From assembly GCA_965367995.1 (NCBI GenBank), contig CBDULE010000028.1:1-11902 (forward strand): 11,902 nt of DNA. The letters are read 5' to 3'. The DNA comes from an uncultured archaeon (GTDB lineage: Archaea; Asgardarchaeota; Njordarchaeia; Njordarchaeales; Njordarchaeaceae). Of this stretch, positions 7,501 through 11,902 are shown piece after piece; position 1 is the stretch's first letter; each line of letters starts with the position of its first letter. Below the pieces are notes generated by a model, which worked only from the letters and a program-made list of their open reading frames with translations, had not been told where the DNA came from and ran no database searches. The position numbers and the translations under genes were made by a program.

Positions 7501-8590
7501 TAAGAGGTTAAAAGAAAAATATGAGAGAGCTCAGATAGATCCAGGAGAAGCAGCAGGAACTGTTGCTGCGCAATCAATTTGCGAACCTGCAACACAGCTC
7601 ACTCTGAGAACATTTCACTGGGCTGGTGTTGCTGCATTTAGCATTACCACAGGATTGCCGAGACTTAAAGAGATCTTCGATGCCGTAGAAAAACCGAGTA
7701 CACCAATGATTACAGTATACCTAAAAAAGGATTATGCGTATGATGAGAAGAAGGCATGGAAAATATTTGATCAAATTAAAGGAATCAAACTCGAGGACAT
7801 TATAGTACAGGGGGGAATGATCATTAACCCAGTCGAAGATTATGTCGAAATAAGAATTGATAGAACGGCCATAATATCGAAGGAGAGCAGTGCTGAAGAC
7901 AAAATGAAAACAAGTAAACATAATGTTTCGCTTGAGGAGATAATTAATGCGATAAATAGAATTGGGAAAAATGTTAGGGTTGAGCAAGACCCTCAGGATC
8001 CATATGTTCTTTACGTCTATCCTGGAGAGAACATGAATGTAATAGAACTCTATAAGAAGCTCAGAAATCTTGTTATAAAAGGACAAAAAGAGTATACTAG
8101 AGCGCAGATAAGAAAGCAAGAAGGCGGAGAATATTATATATTGATCTCCAGCACAGAACTAACACCACTGCTATACATGGAAGGAGTTGACATAAGCAGA
8201 TTAGAAACAAACAATATACACCAATTTGCAAAAATATTTGGAATTGAAGCCGCTAGAAGGCTAATAGTCAAAGAAGCAAGGGATGTCCTTGAAGGATACG
8301 GTCTAGAGGTCGATGTGAGACACATTCTTTATGCAGCTGATGCTATGACATTACAGGGTAAAGTAGAGGCGATAGGTAGGTACGGTATTGCTGGAAAGAA
8401 GATGAGTTTACTTGCAAGAGCTTCGTTTGAAGAAACTGGAAAGCACTTATTCAGAGCGGCTGCGGTCGGAATGTTTGATCCGCTTCAAGGCGCAACTGAA
8501 AATGTTATTGTTGGAGGCGTACCTCCTGTAGGAACTGGAGTGGTAAGACTTGGTTTCATGAAGAGGTTTAAGGTTGAAGAGGGCGAATGA
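4517..8590 (+). CDS. rpoA: DNA-directed RNA polymerase largest subunit, unsplit (A'/Rpo1N and A''/Rpo1C portions in one 1357-aa ORF)
   Basis: A'-type motifs:
- FGILSPDEI at the N-terminus
- Zn sites CKKCG...[10 protein letters not shown] and CERCG...CPYCG
- [19 protein letters not shown]
- [27 protein letters not shown]
- [15 protein letters not shown]
- the catalytic [10 protein letters not shown] (6065-6094)
- bridge helix [28 protein letters not shown]

A''-type motifs follow in the same frame:
- [30 protein letters not shown] (trigger loop)
- [11 protein letters not shown]
- [10 protein letters not shown]...VDVRHI...[13 protein letters not shown]. Confidence 0.93.
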   Translation: [1357 protein letters not shown]

Positions 8591-8594
8591 AGAG

Positions 8595-9899
8595 TTACAA
8601 AAGAAAGCGTACTTTTTCTAAAATTTTTTCTATTTCCATTTTCCATAAGTTGAATTCTGTTGGATCTTTTGGATATTCTTCAGTTTTTCTAATAATTTGT
8701 CGAATTAGATTTCCTAAGTCATATAATCTCCAAAATATCCGAGATTTTGTAAGTCTAAGAAGCGAAAAAATCGCATCAGTTTTAAGTGAGTTGACATCTT
8801 TAGATACTTTAGTGGGCAAAATGCTCAGGAAATCATATTTATCAGAATCCTTCATCTGCTCTAAAAGTGTTTTTAAAACATAAAAACTCAAGAGATATTT
8901 GCCAGCTGTACGAAAGTATTTAACATTGTACTCCCATAAATCGTTTATAGAGGGCGGATATATCAAATCGAGTTTTCTAATTGCTAAATATGCTAAATTA
9001 GCACCAAGCAAACTTTCATATATCCCAGATGATATAATAGGATTAGCTTGAAAAGCTGATTCTCCTATCAGTATCATACCTTCATACGTTAGATTTAGAA
9101 ATGGATAATACGAAGGATGGACTATGATTCCTTGAAAATGAAGATTTCCTCTTATCGAAAAAATTTTCTTGAAAAATAATACTCGATTAATAGGTTTTGG
9201 TCTTGCAACTTTTACTAAAGAGTCTCTAATAGAAAGACTAATTGAGGAGTTATGAGAATATCCTAAGATGAGTTCAGATGCTATCCTATTATCGAATATT
9301 AATGCCAGACGGTTTTCGTTTTTAAAAAATTCATGTGAGCTATCAATCTCAAAGACGGTTTCTACACTAAACATCTTACTAGTTGTTTTCCAATGATCAG
9401 CTCCAATTCTATTCATCTTATATCTTATACTGCTTAATGTACCAGCAGCGTCTATAAGCAATGAACATTCATAAACATTTCCTGTGTTTGTTTGTACTCT
9501 TATTAAGTCAGTTTTTTTCTTAGGAAGATCAATGTTAATTACCCTACAATTGTCAATTACGGTAGTATATTCCTTAAGATGAGTACCTATTTGCTTAGAT
9601 ATCTTCTCACGGTTTATCTTGATGAGTCTAATGCTGATATCGGAGATAACATCTCCAGAGCGATCAAGTAAAGAAATTCCCTCAATATAATCAAAAAAAT
9701 CTTCATCGGTTTCATCAATATCTAGTTTTTTAATGAAATCCAGAGAGTCTTGAAAAGTAATATTTTTACTTAGCGATTTCCAACAACTATCTATAGCTTT
9801 CTGTTCGAAAATTGCTACTTTAAAACCCTCCTTACCGAGCAATGTCCCTATTAGAGAACCCGCAGGTCCCGCGCCTACTATACAAATATCAAACGACAT
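8595..9899 (-). CDS. FAD-dependent oxidoreductase, geranylgeranyl-reductase-family-like (divergent)
   Basis: 434-aa ORF. The N-terminal dinucleotide-binding motif is DICIVGAGPAGSLIGTLLGKEGFKVAIFE. LLIDAAGTLSSIR corresponds to the ADG-type motif. LIGESAFQANPIISSGI corresponds to the GDAAG...P..GGGI motif of GGR-like flavoproteins, but with substitutions. Its stop codon lies 4 nt from the rpoA stop codon (convergent genes). Confidence 0.8.
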   Translation of the reverse strand: MSFDICIVGAGPAGSLIGTLLGKEGFKVAIFEQKAIDSCWKSLSKNITFQDSLDFIKKLDIDETDEDFFDYIEGISLLDRSGDVISDISIRLIKINREKISKQIGTHLKEYTTVIDNCRVINIDLPKKKTDLIRVQTNTGNVYECSLLIDAAGTLSSIRYKMNRIGADHWKTTSKMFSVETVFEIDSSHEFFKNENRLALIFDNRIASELILGYSHNSSISLSIRDSLVKVARPKPINRVLFFKKIFSIRGNLHFQGIIVHPSYYPFLNLTYEGMILIGESAFQANPIISSGIYESLLGANLAYLAIRKLDLIYPPSINDLWEYNVKYFRTAGKYLLSFYVLKTLLEQMKDSDKYDFLSILPTKVSKDVNSLKTDAIFSLLRLTKSRIFWRLYDLGNLIRQIIRKTEEYPKDPTEFNLWKMEIEKILEKVRFLL

Positions 9900-9958
9900 T
9901 TTCTCACACGCATGGTGATTTATTAAATATTTTGGAAGAACGTTTGAAAACTTGAGAA

Positions 9959-10198
9959 TTAACGAGCTTTAGGTGCTACTTTCCATTCCGTATATCCGCA
10001 TCTTCCACAAGACCAGCGATCTGCATGTTCTGCTAAAAATACTCCTGGACCGCATTTAGGACAAGTCTTCCTGAGCCTAATGAGTTTTCCATTTTCTACC
10101 TTGTAGAGCTTAGATACGATGTAAGGTTTCTTTTTCCTCTTCTTCTTTTTTCCAGCTCTTTTCCTAATTCTCTGTTTCTTCTTTACTTTCTTACCCAT
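9959..10198 (-). CDS. rps27ae: 30S ribosomal protein S27ae (eS31) with an N-terminal polybasic extension
   Basis: The C-terminal part [41 protein letters not shown] is the S27ae zinc ribbon (CxxC...CxxC). GGTGA (minus strand, 10204-10208) lies 5 nt before the ATG. The gene sits 13 nt downstream of rps24e, the conserved archaeal gene pair. Confidence 0.9.
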
Positions 10199-10211
10199 CT
10201 ATCTCACCTTT

Positions 10212-10493
10212 TCAGATAATCTCATTTCTTTTCAAGATATGTTTAGGTTCTATTTTAAGAAGATTTTCTTTATTCTCATAAACAAAAACCTCAGCGTATG
10301 CCTCATTAACCCCGAACGGTGTTTTAATCCTACGAACAACTACCAGATCCTTATCGACACCTAGGAATTTTGAGACAGCCTCTCTTACATCTTTTCTTGA
10401 TGGAGTTCCTTGCGCTTCATGATTAATTTTAAAGACGTATTCTACTCTTTCTAATAACTTATTTTCAAATTTCCCTATGATTTCCAAACGCAC
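10212..10493 (-). CDS. rps24e: 30S ribosomal protein S24e (eS24), GTG start
   Basis: FENKLLERVEYVFKINHEAQGTPSRKDVREAVSKFLGVDKDLVVVRRIKTPFG...IEPKHILKRN matches the S24e pattern. The GTG start at 10491-10493 is preceded by GGTGAGG (minus strand, 10498-10504), with 6 nt between GGTGA and the start. Confidence 0.9.
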   Translation of the reverse strand: MRLEIIGKFENKLLERVEYVFKINHEAQGTPSRKDVREAVSKFLGVDKDLVVVRRIKTPFGVNEAYAEVFVYENKENLLKIEPKHILKRNEII

Positions 10494-10615
10494 ATTTCCT
10501 CACCGCTTTCTTCAATAAATTTTTGGCCTTTTAAGTTTGCCTAATGTTAACCATTAAAATATAATCCATTTACCGTAAAATAGATGGGATAAAAATTTTG
10601 TGAAAAGGGTTAAAG

Positions 10616-11902
10616 ATGCCAGCTGTATCAAAATCAGCAGCAGAATTCTTTGCAGAGAACATGAACATTGCTGGTTTTGGTAATCCATATAAGGCGCTTT
10701 ATACTTCAATAAGAGAGCTTGTTGAAAATGGTTTAGATGCTGCGGAGGAAATAGGTGTTCTACCGGAAATTAAAGTTAGGTTAAGGAGACTCTCAAAAGA
10801 GGAACTTTCAAGAATTATTGGGGTAACTGAAGAAATTCAGAGGAGAATTCAAGAGTATCTTCAAGATTTAGCAAAAGCGAGAAAAGGAAAGAAAATTGAG
10901 GAGGAAGAGGAAGAAACAGGAAATGTTGAAATTTTCGAATTAATTGTAGAAGATAACGGTTCTGGAATGGCTTACAAAGAAATACCATTTTTAATGGGTC
11001 AAGTTTTAACATCAACAAAATATGAGCTAAGGCAGCAGAGAGGAAGATTTGGTTTAGGAGGAAAGATGGTATTGATTTATAGTATTAAAGAAACTGGCAC
11101 ACCAATAGAGATTTGGAGTAAAAGACCAGAAGATAATTTTGTATCACATTACATTCTTACTATAGATTTACAGAAAAATGAACCAATAGTCTTGCTGAAA
11201 GAAAGAATAGCTAAAAATAAATTTAGAGATCCATGGGGGAAAAAGTTAGAGCATGGTACAATAATTAAAGTCTACATTCTTGGAGATTGGAAAAGGGCGA
11301 AAAAGTATGTTTATGACTATTTTAAATTAATGGCTGTTATAACACCATATGCTACTTTTGTATTTGAAGATCCTGACGGTAATGTAATAATTTATGAGAG
11401 AGTAACTAAGGAAATGCCTCCTGCGCCAAAGCCTGTTAAATATCATCCACAGGGGATTGATACTCAAATTCTAAGATCACTATTAGACCAAACTAAAGCA
11501 AGAACAATTAAAGAATTCTTTCTAAAAGAATTTCAAGGAGTAACTTCTAAATTGGTTGATGAATTTCTCTCAATCATCGGCATAGATCCAAAAACGCCAA
11601 TTGAAGAAGTCCGCAATAATAGGAAGTTAATTGCTTCGATAGTTGAGGTAGCAAGGAATTTTAAGTTTAGGTCTCCTAAAGCATCGGCTCTTTCTCCTAT
11701 TGGACCAAAGCTATTAGAGGAAGGGATTAGAAAAATATTTGAACCAGAATTCATATACGTAATTCAAAGAAAGCCAGTATCTTATATGGGCCATCCCATG
11801 ATAGTAGAAATTGGAGTAGCGTATGGCGGGAGAGTACCTACTGGAATAAACCTTTATAGATTTGCAAATAGAGTTCCATTGCTTCATAAGGAAAAGAGTG
11901 AT
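10616..11902 (+). CDS. top6B: DNA topoisomerase VI subunit B, 3' end beyond the window (429 codons visible)
   Basis: This ORF is absent from the ORF track because it has no stop codon within the window. ATG 10616 is the first start after the in-frame TGA at 10601-10603. Bergerat/GHKL motifs are ELVENGLDAA (N box) and VEDNGSGM (G1). Further matching segments are TSTKYELRQQRGRFGLGGK, ITPYATFVFEDPDGN, YHPQGID, an H2TH-like region IKEFFLKEFQGV, and RFANRVPLLHKEKSD. Confidence 0.9.
   Translation, partial: MPAVSKSAAEFFAENMNIAGFGNPYKALYTSIRELVENGLDAAEEIGVLPEIKVRLRRLSKEELSRIIGVTEEIQRRIQEYLQDLAKARKGKKIEEEEEETGNVEIFELIVEDNGSGMAYKEIPFLMGQVLTSTKYELRQQRGRFGLGGKMVLIYSIKETGTPIEIWSKRPEDNFVSHYILTIDLQKNEPIVLLKERIAKNKFRDPWGKKLEHGTIIKVYILGDWKRAKKYVYDYFKLMAVITPYATFVFEDPDGNVIIYERVTKEMPPAPKPVKYHPQGIDTQILRSLLDQTKARTIKEFFLKEFQGVTSKLVDEFLSIIGIDPKTPIEEVRNNRKLIASIVEVARNFKFRSPKASALSPIGPKLLEEGIRKIFEPEFIYVIQRKPVSYMGHPMIVEIGVAYGGRVPTGINLYRFANRVPLLHKEKSD

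Noticed and set aside
4997-8325. Minus-strand ORFs 4997-5203, 5663-5935, 7721-8119 and 8134-8325
   Set aside because: All lie antisense within rpoA, whose frame is confirmed by conserved motifs along its whole length.
8587-8883. 98-aa plus-strand ORF whose ATG overlaps the rpoA TGA (ATGA), suggestive of translational coupling
   Set aside because: It is fully antisense to the C-terminal third of the 434-aa flavoprotein ORF. It has Ser/Phe-rich shadow composition and no recognisable domain. The ATGA overlap is probably fortuitous, but ribosome profiling could revisit this.
10815-11754. Minus-strand ORFs 10815-11018 and 11533-11754
   Set aside because: Both are antisense to top6B, whose plus-strand frame carries the Bergerat-fold motifs.
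1-11902. Scan for CRISPR repeats, tRNA/rRNA genes, IS/transposase or integrase genes, long direct or inverted repeats, and inteins in rpoA or top6B
   Set aside because: Reading both strands, I found no regularly spaced repeats, no cloverleaf-compatible GC-rich segments, no transposase/integrase-like ORFs and no intein-type insertions with splicing motifs. Short repeats could have been missed without computation.

Overview
The window looks like AT-rich archaeal chromosomal DNA (about one-third G+C by eye; not computed). Genes are tightly packed on both strands. I support 11 protein-coding genes well and two more weakly, plus two intergenic C/D box sRNA candidates.

Recognisable genes:
- a 1357-aa RNA polymerase largest subunit with the A' and A'' parts in a single ORF, standing alone without rpoH/rpoB/rpl30e/nusA neighbours
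- the conserved rps24e-rps27ae pair
- topoisomerase VI subunit B, running off the 3' edge of the window
- a COG2403-type P-loop protein (cyclic-2,3-diphosphoglycerate-synthetase-like)
- a divergent geranylgeranyl-reductase-like flavoprotein
- a 6-TM membrane protein
- several small hypothetical ORFs

Most genes are preceded by a GGTGA-type Shine-Dalgarno motif 5-7 nt upstream of the start. This supports one GTG start and up to two TTG starts.

I saw no CRISPR array, tRNA/rRNA gene, transposase, integrase or obvious defence cassette.

The points most worth follow-up:
- the orphan, unsplit and somewhat divergent rpoA
- a C/D sRNA whose D' guide matches the 23S A-loop (predicted target is the U2552 equivalent)
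- a second C/D-like element whose guide is complementary to the 16S 3' end (anti-SD)
- a polybasic N-terminal extension on S27ae
- an insertion in the GHKL domain of Top6B

All family assignments come from motif recognition by eye. No searches were run.
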